NCBI GenBank assembly: GCA_902573015.1
Contig: CACGIE010000005.1
Coordinates: 1 to 53,960 of the forward strand
Direction of reading: 5' to 3'
DNA from: an uncultured Candidatus Poseidoniales archaeon
GTDB lineage: Archaea > Thermoplasmatota > Poseidoniia > Poseidoniales > Thalassarchaeaceae
Length of the DNA stretch: 53,960 nucleotides
The position numbers and the translations under genes are program-made. Of the stretch, positions 36,301 to 45,385 are shown in pieces. The notes under the pieces are model-generated. The model saw nothing but the letters and a program-made list of their open reading frames with translations. It searched no databases and was not told the origin of the DNA. The stretch's first letter is position 1, and every line of letters starts with the position of its first letter.

Positions 36301-38974
36301 GCAAGTATCGGTCTCGGGTGACGCAATATCTATCATCGGAGATTCCGGGACCAGAGCAACTGGTTCACTCACTTTGGACCTTCCAGAGGATGCTAGGCCG
36401 TCTTTCCATCTCTTTGAAGACGATGGCTCGGGAGTGTCTGAGTCGCCATTGTCTATTTCCATAGAGGTATTGCAAATCCATAGGGCGGGCATGGATGTCA
36501 ACTCACCTACAATGCAACCTTACGTCGTTGACGTCGAAGAGTCCAACCTAGTGGTACTGAAGCTCGAGAATCCGGGTAACGGAGATGACTCATACTTGCT
36601 TTCTCATGAAATATTACTCGACGAGAACATGACTTCTGACCCCGGCATTATTGTTTCATTTTCCAGCAACCCAGTTCATCTCGGAGCAGGGAGCCTTAGA
36701 ACCGTCCCACTTAGCGTCACGCTGCCAGAGAGCACTCCTGCTAGAGTGCCAATTGCAATATCTTTCACCATGACTTCACAGGGCAATGTGTCCGTCTACT
36801 CTCATGAGATGATTGTTTTCGAGGTAAGACAAGACCATAGGTGGGACTTCGACCTGATTCATGATGGAGAAGAGATCAACGGAACGAAAATATTCCTAGC
36901 ACCCGGAGAAGTGCGGGCCATATCGATTAATGCAACAAATACAGGGAACCTAGTTGATGACATATCTCTAGATTTGGACACTCATATTTTCCCATTGGGT
37001 TCGGATTCGTCAGAAGGATGGAAGGCCAACGGGAGTTCGATTGAGGGAGTGGAAGTTAACGAATCTGTGTCTTTGGAAATTAATCTTGAGACGCCCGAGG
37101 ATTCGTGGAATGGCTCTATTATGAGAGTAGATGTTACTGGTATGGCCAGAGATGAGGCGATTATGGAGTTCCATTTCATGATCGAGGTTACCAGAGTTCC
37201 AGGTTGGGGAGTGTCTTCTTCGATATCTGATTTGGAGATAGATGCCAATGGATCAACCATCGAAATAGAGATTTTGCAGATGGGGAACAATCCTAGTATA
37301 CCATTCGTTTCAACTTACATCACCGGACAAAAAGGATGGTTGATCGAAGATTTAACCCAACTTCCCGAAGTGATTCCGGGAGATTCTACAACGCTGGAAA
37401 TCAACGTAACACCATCAGAAACTGCTAGTCCGGGAAGATCCGTAGAGTTACATGTAAGAGTTAGAGACGGCGATTCTACTGGATTGACAGAGATTACAAT
37501 GCCACTTAGAGTATCTGCGGTCCAGAACTTCTCTATCGAGTCTCAAGGTTCTTGGGCTGTTTCCAGCCAAGGTGGTCAACCTCCCGCAATGGTATCAAAC
37601 ACAGGAAATTCACCTACGACCATCGACTTCCACATAGAAGGAGTCCCAGATGGATGGGAGGCTGTTGGGACGATGCAAATTGTACTCGCACTGGGAGAAC
37701 AAAGGGGGATTCCAATTGATCTGGTTCCAGAAGAAGATTGGACTGGCCCTTCCGAGACAGTAACGATAGTAGCGGAAGATGCGAGTGGTAATGAGAGAGA
37801 AATCGAGCTTGAAGTGCACTACTCAGAGTTCTCATGGGCTAGCTCGCCGTACATCTTTGGTCAGAGTGGGGACTATGCAACCATTAACATCCATGGAACT
37901 GACGAAAGTACAGAAGTTCTTGACACTGGCAGTAGACTAGAGTGGAGCGAGATGGGTTGGTTGCTGCCAATTGATGATTCGACCAATGGAATCCTGTCCA
38001 TAGATGGAGGGGAACTGGGTTATTTCCTATCCTCGGAGTATTCCGAATCCAGAGTGGTCTCATGTTCCATAACAGGGGATTTCGACGACATGGGGGCTAC
38101 GTGCTCCGTAGGGAACGGAACCATGGGCTTTGATTTCCAAATACTACTAATTTCGGACGAGGGTTCTGTTCTAGACTACTTCTACGGTAGTATCGAGTCA
38201 AATCAGTCTGCTCAGCAGATAAACCTGAGTGGATCCGAATGGAAACCCCTTCCAGGGGAAAGGAGCGTAATAATCAGGGTCCTAAACGATAAGGGAGTGT
38301 TGATTGGCGACTTTGAGAGGGAGTTTGATGTTAGGAGGAGCGACTGGAACGTGGGAATCGGAGAAGTTGAATTGGTCGGAGAGGGTGCAGGGCAACAGGT
38401 CAGCGTCCCTACAAAGAGACTCAACGAAAATCTACTATCCGATGCGGATTGTATAATCTCCCTAAGTGCCGAAGGAAGCTCTGGGAGTCACTATTCTGAG
38501 CATATTGTCGATATGACCCAGGCATTCGTACCCGCGCCCAAGTTCGATCGGCCCGATGTGGATGACTCAACGGAACTTGTGATTACGATTAGCTGCTCTT
38601 TCCCATGGGATATCGACTCAGATCCAAGTGATGATCAGAAGACAATAGTACTCAGTGGGGGTTCTGCCCTAGAGGACAGAGTTGACGAACTGGGGACGGG
38701 TCTTCTTGCAGCTATTCTTGTAGTTGGCTCCTACCTTGGTTTGTCTTGGATTATGAGCAACCGCCGGGAGTCTGAGAGGATGATGCAAATGGCCCAGGCT
38801 GCAATAGACGAGAAGATTGCCGAGAAGCAGTCCGCACCCTTGATTGAGGAAAATGAGCCCGAAGGAGTTGAAGAGCACGAGTCAAGTGATGATGACGATG
38901 TAGAAGTAGTTCGGAATAAATCAGAAGAGGGTGACGAGTACGACGAGAGACTCAGAAGGCTTCTTGACAGATAG
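33344..38974 (+). CDS. Very large surface protein: FG-GAP (integrin-alpha-like) beta-propeller, a CARDB-like domain, many Ig-like domains and a C-terminal TM anchor
   Basis: Signal-like start MTAASLQRPSRRGIISGFVIAMMLSVPLVS at the ATG at 33344. Repeated DxDxDGxxE[IL]V motifs (DIDEDGSPEIVVA, DLDLDGDAELVIA, NLDSDSDPEIIVT, ADVDGDATADIVLG). CARDB-like EEVTVTVYIENAGTADTE. TM helix LLAAILVVGSYLGLSWIM plus an acidic tail. Confidence 0.85.
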   Translation: MTAASLQRPSRRGIISGFVIAMMLSVPLVSIDRGMEKYSLKDGIDIKMNTQEESDSTWIDGGQPWPQSGRTATRIADVPIHSPDGGAGYGDPTNSSSLMSVVKPAINWEFGSYSIGTDSLATPIAEMSGSIEIGPGAEERCGGRSLFTVLVQSEDVAGSEHSILRLIEGEDAELAWQVDLGVTEKVKASPVVVDIDEDGSPEIVVAYDAGGSLYVDVWSPRMFCSVTGWTYSGHSEDLLWTWSDESLMISSEEGPYTSGILGGHKPTTQPLLADLDLDGDAELVIAALDEISEDPVVLALPLQTSGSPNTLWQVSLSKGSHPSDPAFAQVDDDTGYVLLTTIEANNGGMWVWKIDSETGSSIWQGGLSLNNLDGDTNSPHVRLPGPIIANLDSDSDPEIIVTIPSDADGSTAVDGAEFRGIEISDGSQLWEFEATNGFADAPPTAIDTDGDGMHDRVCWNTWWQTTTDRQGAAGCHDVEGTVPNQEWAQDLEQSSGNPNDEIAVAAPIWMNIDSEDEPELLVSYGRSLWAFDGSSGSPAGINSEWSNDVELSHRTWSSPAIADVDGDATADIVLGSMVVSMAMPDVRPITDGRGIEFNPSAPDPGEEVTVTVYIENAGTADTEEVVDVAVFANGEKIGGEGIEVLNPVDPTGSGSFASFNVEWSGDLGEHTFELIVDPYRNLSQTRFDNDKQIRTLSIIPTYNATFEIPTEPIRVDPGEDGDARFGVRSTGRLAGTWTLNVDSTSLPDGWTWEDETPGGITSIEIGVGQVWTPSLRIIAPSDALGSDAGFLALTLTRDGGDEEIYANLPVEANRTRGLSIRGPDGTTQSTGFGLVSEDARAWLLIENVGNAEESQIAISWDGTEWGSDLRIFDSSGYEISALTLGPGEEREVTARLPVPSGTAPGESVTTPLSMCVGAGDEQECSQVQLEFISSRSVMDPSHIRSVPEQGLTWEISADIPEGVGSMNWSLSDSGMSIPGWDWSGSGQVSVSGDAISIIGDSGTRATGSLTLDLPEDARPSFHLFEDDGSGVSESPLSISIEVLQIHRAGMDVNSPTMQPYVVDVEESNLVVLKLENPGNGDDSYLLSHEILLDENMTSDPGIIVSFSSNPVHLGAGSLRTVPLSVTLPESTPARVPIAISFTMTSQGNVSVYSHEMIVFEVRQDHRWDFDLIHDGEEINGTKIFLAPGEVRAISINATNTGNLVDDISLDLDTHIFPLGSDSSEGWKANGSSIEGVEVNESVSLEINLETPEDSWNGSIMRVDVTGMARDEAIMEFHFMIEVTRVPGWGVSSSISDLEIDANGSTIEIEILQMGNNPSIPFVSTYITGQKGWLIEDLTQLPEVIPGDSTTLEINVTPSETASPGRSVELHVRVRDGDSTGLTEITMPLRVSAVQNFSIESQGSWAVSSQGGQPPAMVSNTGNSPTTIDFHIEGVPDGWEAVGTMQIVLALGEQRGIPIDLVPEEDWTGPSETVTIVAEDASGNEREIELEVHYSEFSWASSPYIFGQSGDYATINIHGTDESTEVLDTGSRLEWSEMGWLLPIDDSTNGILSIDGGELGYFLSSEYSESRVVSCSITGDFDDMGATCSVGNGTMGFDFQILLISDEGSVLDYFYGSIESNQSAQQINLSGSEWKPLPGERSVIIRVLNDKGVLIGDFEREFDVRRSDWNVGIGEVELVGEGAGQQVSVPTKRLNENLLSDADCIISLSAEGSSGSHYSEHIVDMTQAFVPAPKFDRPDVDDSTELVITISCSFPWDIDSDPSDDQKTIVLSGGSALEDRVDELGTGLLAAILVVGSYLGLSWIMSNRRESERMMQMAQAAIDEKIAEKQSAPLIEENEPEGVEEHESSDDDDVEVVRNKSEEGDEYDERLRRLLDR

Positions 38975-38980
38975 TCAACA

Positions 38981-39613
38981 GTGTGTGCCATGGGGAGTTA
39001 CATTCCGCCTTCTTCATTCCATACTTTCGACCCCATAAGGAATAGTCCTGATTCGATAGTAAACGGAATCATCTCTTCCATGTCTGGGAATCATGGAGAG
39101 TTACTCCTTTCAGCAGCAGGAATAGATGAGGTGGCGGGCCTAAAGAAGGGAGAAGACTCTCCCCTTGACAAGGCAACACTGCTATTCATCTCTATTCTCG
39201 ACTGGCAAGACGACTGGAGCGTTCCCCGATCCCTTGATGCAGGACACTCAAGAGAGAGGCTAGGGAGGTTCCCTAGTGATGATGGCAATGCAATAGAGTA
39301 TCTCCTCCGCTACACGAAAGAGGGAGAGGGTTCAGATCTTCACAGTCTATTGGAGAAGCTATGTAGAGGCCTGAATGAGGATTCATTCGGATATTCTGGG
39401 TTCAATGAGGGCTCCGCGGGGATCGAGATGCTCGGTTGGCTCGATGGAGAAGATATCTCCAAAATTAGGAGGGAGATTGAGAAGGGAGCTTGGTCAGTCA
39501 AGTCCGATGAGCCCCTCGATGGAGGAGTTCAGGATGCATTCAGGCATCTTCTTGTATTTCTCAGAGCCGCCGTCAAGAGGAAATGCGGGATTCTGATGAG
39601 AAGGCATTCCTAG
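38981..39613 (+). CDS. Hypothetical protein (about 207-210 aa)
   Basis: Intact ORF immediately after the large gene (GTG at 38981 or ATG at 38990). No recognisable motif. Confidence 0.4.
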   Translation: MCAMGSYIPPSSFHTFDPIRNSPDSIVNGIISSMSGNHGELLLSAAGIDEVAGLKKGEDSPLDKATLLFISILDWQDDWSVPRSLDAGHSRERLGRFPSDDGNAIEYLLRYTKEGEGSDLHSLLEKLCRGLNEDSFGYSGFNEGSAGIEMLGWLDGEDISKIRREIEKGAWSVKSDEPLDGGVQDAFRHLLVFLRAAVKRKCGILMRRHS

Positions 39614-40341
39614 GTCCTGATGCGCATATCTCTGAGCTCTTGATAGATCATTTTCGATTCTTCTAGGACGGAATGAATGTGTTCGCTCAACTCCCCTTCC
39701 TTCGAAGATGGAGGAGAAAATCCTGAGGATTTCCATACCGAATCATACCAGTATTTACCCCATAAGCCATCACAACTCCTTGGCCCTGGATCCCAAGATA
39801 ACATTCTCTGGGAGAATGGAATGCCGATAGATTCGCACAGTACTGAGAGGATTGATTCGGGATCTTCCAAGACGTCTTCCGAATCGATAACAGGAGGGAT
39901 TTTCCCGGAACTCTTGATTACATGCCTGAAGATTGTTATTTGCTGAGGAAGGCCTGTCGATAGCACATCAATAGAGTCGGTAATCTTGGAAAGGGATAGA
40001 AGAACGTCTCGAGGATTCCTGATCAAGAAGCAGTTCTTGAAATCATCAATCCAAGAAATGTCAGAGTCCTCGGGTATGTGATGACACATGTGCTTCTGGT
40101 ACCAAATTTGCTTTTCATCGGGAATAGGACCAGTAAGTGTTGCGATTATCTTTCCTACATCGGTCTCATTTTTCTCAATTACTTCCTCCGCACCGGGATG
40201 AGGAGTCCCGCTGTTCAGGAGGAAAGAAGCATAGAGGGGTTCATCGGTTGCATGGCAGTCATGTCTATTTTCGAATGAGTACATCAGTGCAGTTGAGATG
40301 TTGCGGGGTCCAGACCACATCGCGACCCTAGTTCTATCCAA
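39610..40341 (-). CDS. Sulfotransferase-like P-loop protein (homologous to the N-terminal half of plant BCAT-like fusion proteins)
   Basis: WSGPRNISTALMYSF, DEPLYASFL, FLIRNPRD, VIDSEDVLEDPE and IPFSQRMLSWDPGP...DGLWGKYWYDSVWKSSGFS. The start is ambiguous: TTG at 40341 or ATG at 40320. The longer call to 40392 overlaps the upstream gene. Confidence 0.55.
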   Translation of the reverse strand: MDRTRVAMWSGPRNISTALMYSFENRHDCHATDEPLYASFLLNSGTPHPGAEEVIEKNETDVGKIIATLTGPIPDEKQIWYQKHMCHHIPEDSDISWIDDFKNCFLIRNPRDVLLSLSKITDSIDVLSTGLPQQITIFRHVIKSSGKIPPVIDSEDVLEDPESILSVLCESIGIPFSQRMLSWDPGPRSCDGLWGKYWYDSVWKSSGFSPPSSKEGELSEHIHSVLEESKMIYQELRDMRIRT

Positions 40342-40346
40342 GCGAG

Positions 40347-41246
40347 TTACCTCATTACGAGTTCTTGATACAGTTGTTGAATCCTTTCGCATATCCTTCC
40401 CCTTGATCCTTGTCCAATCACAGTACCATCAAAAGAAATTACGGGAGTCAAACCTGCGAATGTCCCGGTCACGAAAGCCTCGTCTGCCAAATGTACGTCC
40501 TCAAATGTGAAGTTCCCCAGAGTGTATGGGATTCCGTGAGAATCGCAAATTTCCAGGACCTTGCGTCTAGTAATCCCATCTAAGCAGTATTCCCCCTTTG
40601 AAGTCCAAACTACGCCATCCCTTACCATGAAGAAGTGAGTCGAGTTACAGGTTGATACAAACCCATGTGGGTCCAGCATCAAACCCTCCTCTCCCCCTTT
40701 GTTATCTGCCTCGATGCAAGCCGCAATGCAGTTGTGCTTGGAGAGGCTGTTAATCCTAGGATTCTGAACCTCTGGGCCGCTTCTCCTGATATCTACTGAT
40801 ACAAGCCTAATGCCATCGATTGACCTTTTTTCATTAGCCTTCTTGAACTCTGGGATGATGACGATTGTAGGTATAGAAGAAATCACCCAAGGAGCCTGGT
40901 ATGGAGTTGGCTTGAGGCCCCTTGAGACAATTAGCCTGAGATGGACGTTATCATGCATTTCGTTAGCAGAAATCACCCTGAGTATCTCTGACCTAATCTC
41001 GTCTCTAGACCTCCCGGGGTCAAGGGAAATCTCCGATGCCCCGTGGAAAAGCCTGTCCAAATGTTCTTCGATGAACACTAGTTTCCCATCATGGAGCCTG
41101 AATGATTCCCAGACGCCGTCTCCCAAAAGAAATCCAGAGTCGAAAACGGAAACCTTCGCTTCTTTCCTTGGAAATAGTTCCCCATTTACAGATATCAGTA
41201 CATCCTCGTTTCTAGGGTCATCCTCGTACTCATGTGTACCCATCAA
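40347..41246 (-). CDS. Class IV (fold-type IV) PLP aminotransferase-like enzyme (BCAT / D-aminotransferase / ADC-lyase family)
   Basis: VSVFDSGFLLGDGVWESFR, EEHLDRL, and the SKHNCIAACIEA and LDGITR motifs characteristic of fold-type IV. The ATGA overlaps the purC stop. Confidence 0.8.
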   Translation of the reverse strand: MMGTHEYEDDPRNEDVLISVNGELFPRKEAKVSVFDSGFLLGDGVWESFRLHDGKLVFIEEHLDRLFHGASEISLDPGRSRDEIRSEILRVISANEMHDNVHLRLIVSRGLKPTPYQAPWVISSIPTIVIIPEFKKANEKRSIDGIRLVSVDIRRSGPEVQNPRINSLSKHNCIAACIEADNKGGEEGLMLDPHGFVSTCNSTHFFMVRDGVVWTSKGEYCLDGITRRKVLEICDSHGIPYTLGNFTFEDVHLADEAFVTGTFAGLTPVISFDGTVIGQGSRGRICERIQQLYQELVMR

Positions 41247-42154
41247 AGAGCCTCTCCAGTAAGCCGCTGGAACATACTAGCGTATAGTTCAGCCGTACTG
41301 GCAATAATGCTATCTGGAAGAGGGGGGATGGGTGGTTCGGGAGATCCAGATTGTCTTGCTTCGTATAGTGCCGAATGGTGACCTGATTCGATGTAGTGTT
41401 TTCTTACTGACTCCTTGGAGAGCTGTACTATCTCTCCATTCTCATATGCTTCGGCATCCCACCATCGATCCTCATCGAGAGTGCCAAAGGAGTCTATCAG
41501 AACAGGCTCTCGACCTTCTCCCAGAGCAAATTCCTTCTTCCCGTCAACATGGATAAGTCCTCTCTTAGATGTCTCTCTATCGATTATCGAATCCACCTCT
41601 AGCACTATCGCTAGAATTGCGTCAAGCTCTGCTGGATCCAAATTTGAAATCTCCAATGCCTCCTCCCTATCCAGATTCCTATCGAACTTTTCGAACTTAG
41701 TGGAGACTTCCAGGAACGGCTCTGGAAGCCGGACTCCCTCATCAAGCACCTCTCCTGCTTCGAATCCGAAGTCCTCAGGCTTTACCTCTCCTCTCTGATA
41801 TCGCCTCCATGCGGTACCTGCCAGATAATGACGACAGATTACTTCTAGTGGGACGAAGAAGTTCTCTGCATCTCTGGAAATGGCACCAGGTTCTCTAATC
41901 ACGTCAAAACGTCTTGCTAGAACTCTGTCTGGAGCATTCATCTCTATGACATGAGTCTTGCAAATTCTTTCATCCTCAATCAGTCCGAACCAATGACAAG
42001 ATGCCCTATTCAATGACTCTCCCTTCCTCGGAATCAAACTAGGAATGACTTGGTCGAAGACTGATATCTGATCCGTGTATCTGAACTCGATGATATCAGG
42101 ATCATCCGTGCTCCAAACCTGTTTAACCTTGCCACTGTACAATAATTCTGTCAT
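41243..42154 (-). CDS. purC: Phosphoribosylaminoimidazole-succinocarboxamide (SAICAR) synthase
   Basis: LLYSGKVKQVW...DQISVFD N-terminal signature and overall SAICAR synthetase length. I prefer the ATG at 42154 over 42184. Confidence 0.9.
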   Translation of the reverse strand: MTELLYSGKVKQVWSTDDPDIIEFRYTDQISVFDQVIPSLIPRKGESLNRASCHWFGLIEDERICKTHVIEMNAPDRVLARRFDVIREPGAISRDAENFFVPLEVICRHYLAGTAWRRYQRGEVKPEDFGFEAGEVLDEGVRLPEPFLEVSTKFEKFDRNLDREEALEISNLDPAELDAILAIVLEVDSIIDRETSKRGLIHVDGKKEFALGEGREPVLIDSFGTLDEDRWWDAEAYENGEIVQLSKESVRKHYIESGHHSALYEARQSGSPEPPIPPLPDSIIASTAELYASMFQRLTGEAL

Positions 42155-42266
42155 GATTCGACCCGAACAAAGTTCGGACATCAATATTGCCCAATGAGCC
42201 TCTGTGTCAAATTTTTTCTTAGTAGACTAGACTAAATCCTCACAGCCCAGCGAGAGGGCGGGTATT

Positions 42267-44645
42267 GTGGCATCGGAAGCGTCTCTCTGGAATGGCCCCA
42301 AGGGCAAGCGTGGTGCAGATTTTCTAATCGCATTCGTACTAGTTGCCCTTCTTTTCTCATTTGGAGAAGTTTCTGCTCAAGAGGTTAGGAGTGGATGGGA
42401 AGTTGTCGACAGCGGGACCGAGGAGAATCTGTATACTGCAGAGTACCTAGAGGGCGAGATATGGGTATTCGGATCTGGAGGAACCATGATCAGGAGTATC
42501 GATGAAGGGAGAACTTGGTCTGAATCTGGAATACCAGTTAGCCAAGATCTAACTTCTTCTGATTCGAGTTACGAATCAATAATAGTGGCAGGAAATAGCG
42601 GTACTGTCCTATTGATGAATGAAGGCGTCTGGATGGATATAAGTTCTGATCAATTTGGAGATATCAAGGGCGTTGCCCTCACTGGGAATGATAGTTTTGT
42701 TGTCATTGAGCAAGATGAAGTCTGGACTTGCACAGTGACAGTGGAATGGGATACTGAATGCGATTCAGCAATTGAAGGAGAGGGGATAAATTATCTCAGT
42801 GTATCATTCTTGGATTCAGAAAACGGAATTATTTCTGGAGAGAACGGGGCAATAATTGCATCCTCCGATGGAGGTAGAAACTGGGAGTATAGAGATGCGC
42901 CTAGCGAGGTTTCAACGAAGGCAATTATCGATATTGAATACTTCAGTACGATTAGGGCGTACGCGATCTCAGAAGAAGGGCACATTCTGAAGTCATCGAG
43001 AGAAGGAAATGTTCCCGTAGGATTTGTCTGGAGCATAGTGGATATCGAAAGAGAATACCCTCCAGGAGGCGGTGATGAGTTCGAATCTGGAGGTTCGAAT
43101 CTGGACTTCGAAGTATTTGGGATGAAGGTTCTTGGGCAATTCAAGTTCATGCTTTCTGGTCCGGGAGGTTATCTCTCCCTCAGTCTGGACGGAGGGAATA
43201 TAGTCTCTCAGCAGATGATTCCAGTCTCGAATGAGACTGTGTTCAATGGATTTGCTATGCTGAACGGTTTCACAGGGGTTGCCGTAGGAGATGGAGGAGT
43301 TGTACTCAGGACAGAGAACGCAGGATCGGAGGAGTTCGTTGGATTCGAGGTGATTGACTTCAACGATTTCGGACAATTCGTCGACTACTCCAAGGAGAGA
43401 TTGATGGATGGACTTGTAGCGACTGCTAAGATTGTGATTTTTGGAATTATAATGGGTTTCTCTCTAGGAATAGTCCTTTCAATGCTAAAGACATCTCCAA
43501 CTACACTCAAGAATGTCGCTCAGACCAATAGATTCCAGATTCTATTGATGTTCGTAGTTACTCCATTATGGTTATCTTTCCAGATTCCGATCTCAGCGAT
43601 TAACTCAACTAGATTGGGCAGAAAATTGAATCTGGGCAATCCTTTCAGCAGCGCATTGGGCTACTGTAGAGGGAGATCCTTGCACATCGCAGCTAGTGAG
43701 CCACTGAACATTATCTCTATTCGTACAATCGGAGTAATTCTGATATTTTTCGGGATTTATCGAATTTTCAATAATCTCGATGAGATTAGTGACCTAAACC
43801 TAGATGGTTGGGAACACATCTACTCGCCTATCGGGGCTCCTGGGGCAATGTTCTGGATTCTACTGGGTCTTGGAATATCGATATTGGGAGGTATATTTTT
43901 GTCATGCAATGGAGACTTCTCCATACGAGAAATTGAGTTCAGCAAGGTGAGTTTTTCTCTCGATCCATGGAGTATCAGGCCATTGAACACGATTGCAACG
44001 GTATATACGGACATTTTCAGAAATACCCCATTGCTCGTTCAGTTCATGTTCATACACTTCGGATTCGAGCTTGGAAGGAGATTGCAGGACCCTGGGCTAA
44101 TGTTGTTCGACTTCGAATATCTGGAGGGCAACTCTAACTTCATCACCGATATTTTCGTAGTTTACGAGACGAATCCCGAATCGCTGGCCTATGGTAGGCC
44201 GATTGGGGGGATTCTTGAGGACAGGGCATACATTAGCGCGATTTTCGCACTTGGTTTGAACTCCGGAGCATACCAGTGCGAGACCATCAGAGGGGCTATC
44301 GCTGCGATTCCCTCCGGACAGATGGAAGCCGGCAGAAGTATTGGCCTAAATTATATGCAATCGATGAGGCTGGTGGTAATGCCCCAAGCTGTCAGAATCT
44401 GCATACCTCCACTAGGTAACGAGATGGTCAACCTAGTACTGAACTCTTCATTGGCTATGATTATCGGTTATGCTGAAATCACAAGACAGGGGAAGTTAAT
44501 CGTCGCGACTACTTTCCAGGTTTTCTGGACTTGGGGAATGGTGCTGATCTCATACTTCCTGATCACATGGACCCTAGCACTCTTCCTCAGGTACCTAGAG
44601 GAAAGGACTAGGATTCCTGGTTTAGGAATATCAGGAGGTGCTTGA
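42267..44645 (+). CDS. Fusion protein: extracytoplasmic BNR/Ycf48-like beta-propeller plus a polar-amino-acid ABC transporter permease (HisM/GlnP family) with extra insertions
   Basis: Signal/anchor FLIAFVLVALLFSFGEVSA. BNR motifs SIDEGRTWSE, SSDGGRNWEY and SLDGGN. Permease motifs FRNTPLLVQ, NSGAYQCETIRGAIAAIPSGQMEAGRSIGL (EAA loop) and MPQAVRICIPPLGNE. Confidence 0.8.
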   Translation: MASEASLWNGPKGKRGADFLIAFVLVALLFSFGEVSAQEVRSGWEVVDSGTEENLYTAEYLEGEIWVFGSGGTMIRSIDEGRTWSESGIPVSQDLTSSDSSYESIIVAGNSGTVLLMNEGVWMDISSDQFGDIKGVALTGNDSFVVIEQDEVWTCTVTVEWDTECDSAIEGEGINYLSVSFLDSENGIISGENGAIIASSDGGRNWEYRDAPSEVSTKAIIDIEYFSTIRAYAISEEGHILKSSREGNVPVGFVWSIVDIEREYPPGGGDEFESGGSNLDFEVFGMKVLGQFKFMLSGPGGYLSLSLDGGNIVSQQMIPVSNETVFNGFAMLNGFTGVAVGDGGVVLRTENAGSEEFVGFEVIDFNDFGQFVDYSKERLMDGLVATAKIVIFGIIMGFSLGIVLSMLKTSPTTLKNVAQTNRFQILLMFVVTPLWLSFQIPISAINSTRLGRKLNLGNPFSSALGYCRGRSLHIAASEPLNIISIRTIGVILIFFGIYRIFNNLDEISDLNLDGWEHIYSPIGAPGAMFWILLGLGISILGGIFLSCNGDFSIREIEFSKVSFSLDPWSIRPLNTIATVYTDIFRNTPLLVQFMFIHFGFELGRRLQDPGLMLFDFEYLEGNSNFITDIFVVYETNPESLAYGRPIGGILEDRAYISAIFALGLNSGAYQCETIRGAIAAIPSGQMEAGRSIGLNYMQSMRLVVMPQAVRICIPPLGNEMVNLVLNSSLAMIIGYAEITRQGKLIVATTFQVFWTWGMVLISYFLITWTLALFLRYLEERTRIPGLGISGGA

Positions 44646-45383
44646 TTGTCAGAAATTATCCTCAGTGTTGAAGAAATGGAGAAGACGTACGTTGGAGGCG
44701 TCCATGCGGTCAGAGGAGTCTCGTTCGAAGTGAAGGAGGGGGAGTCATTGGCCATTATTGGCTCATCTGGGAGTGGCAAATCTACCGTACTTAGGTGCAT
44801 CAACCGGCTGATCGAGCCCACCCAAGGTATCGTGAGGTTAAAGGGAGAAAGGATCAATACCCCTGCTGCTGACGTTAATGATGTTCGCTCTAGGATAGGG
44901 ATGGTCTTCCAGTCTTTCGAATTGTTCTCTCACTTGAGGGTGATTGACAATGTTTCCCTTGGGCTAATTCATGTAAGGGGAATGAGCAAGGAGGATGCTT
45001 TTGACCATGCTCGCAGTGTTCTTGAGAGGGTCGACATGCTCGATAGGGTTGATGCCTATCCAGGAAACTTATCTGGTGGTCAGAAGCAGAGGGTGGCTAT
45101 CGCAAGGGCACTTGCGATGAAGCCTGAGGTCATGCTCTTTGACGAGCCCACCAGTGCCCTAGACCCAGAACTAATCGGTTCCGTTCTTGAGACCATACAG
45201 GGTTTGGCTGAGGAAGGGATGACCATGGTAGTGGTCACCCATGAGATAGGATTCGCCAGAGACGTTGCTGATCGTGTGATATACATGGACCAGGGCCTTA
45301 TTGCAGAGGAGGGGGGATCATCCATAATAGACAACCCGAACACGGACAGGATGAGAGATTTCCTCTCTAGCATAAATGACTGA
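44646..45383 (+). CDS. Polar amino acid ABC transporter ATP-binding protein (GlnQ/HisP-like)
   Basis: Walker [11 protein letters not shown]-loop, signature [15 protein letters not shown], Walker [12 protein letters not shown] and H-loop VVTHE. The TTG start directly abuts the permease stop. Confidence 0.9.
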   Translation: MSEIILSVEEMEKTYVGGVHAVRGVSFEVKEGESLAIIGSSGSGKSTVLRCINRLIEPTQGIVRLKGERINTPAADVNDVRSRIGMVFQSFELFSHLRVIDNVSLGLIHVRGMSKEDAFDHARSVLERVDMLDRVDAYPGNLSGGQKQRVAIARALAMKPEVMLFDEPTSALDPELIGSVLETIQGLAEEGMTMVVVTHEIGFARDVADRVIYMDQGLIAEEGGSSIIDNPNTDRMRDFLSSIND

Positions 45384-45385
45384 AT

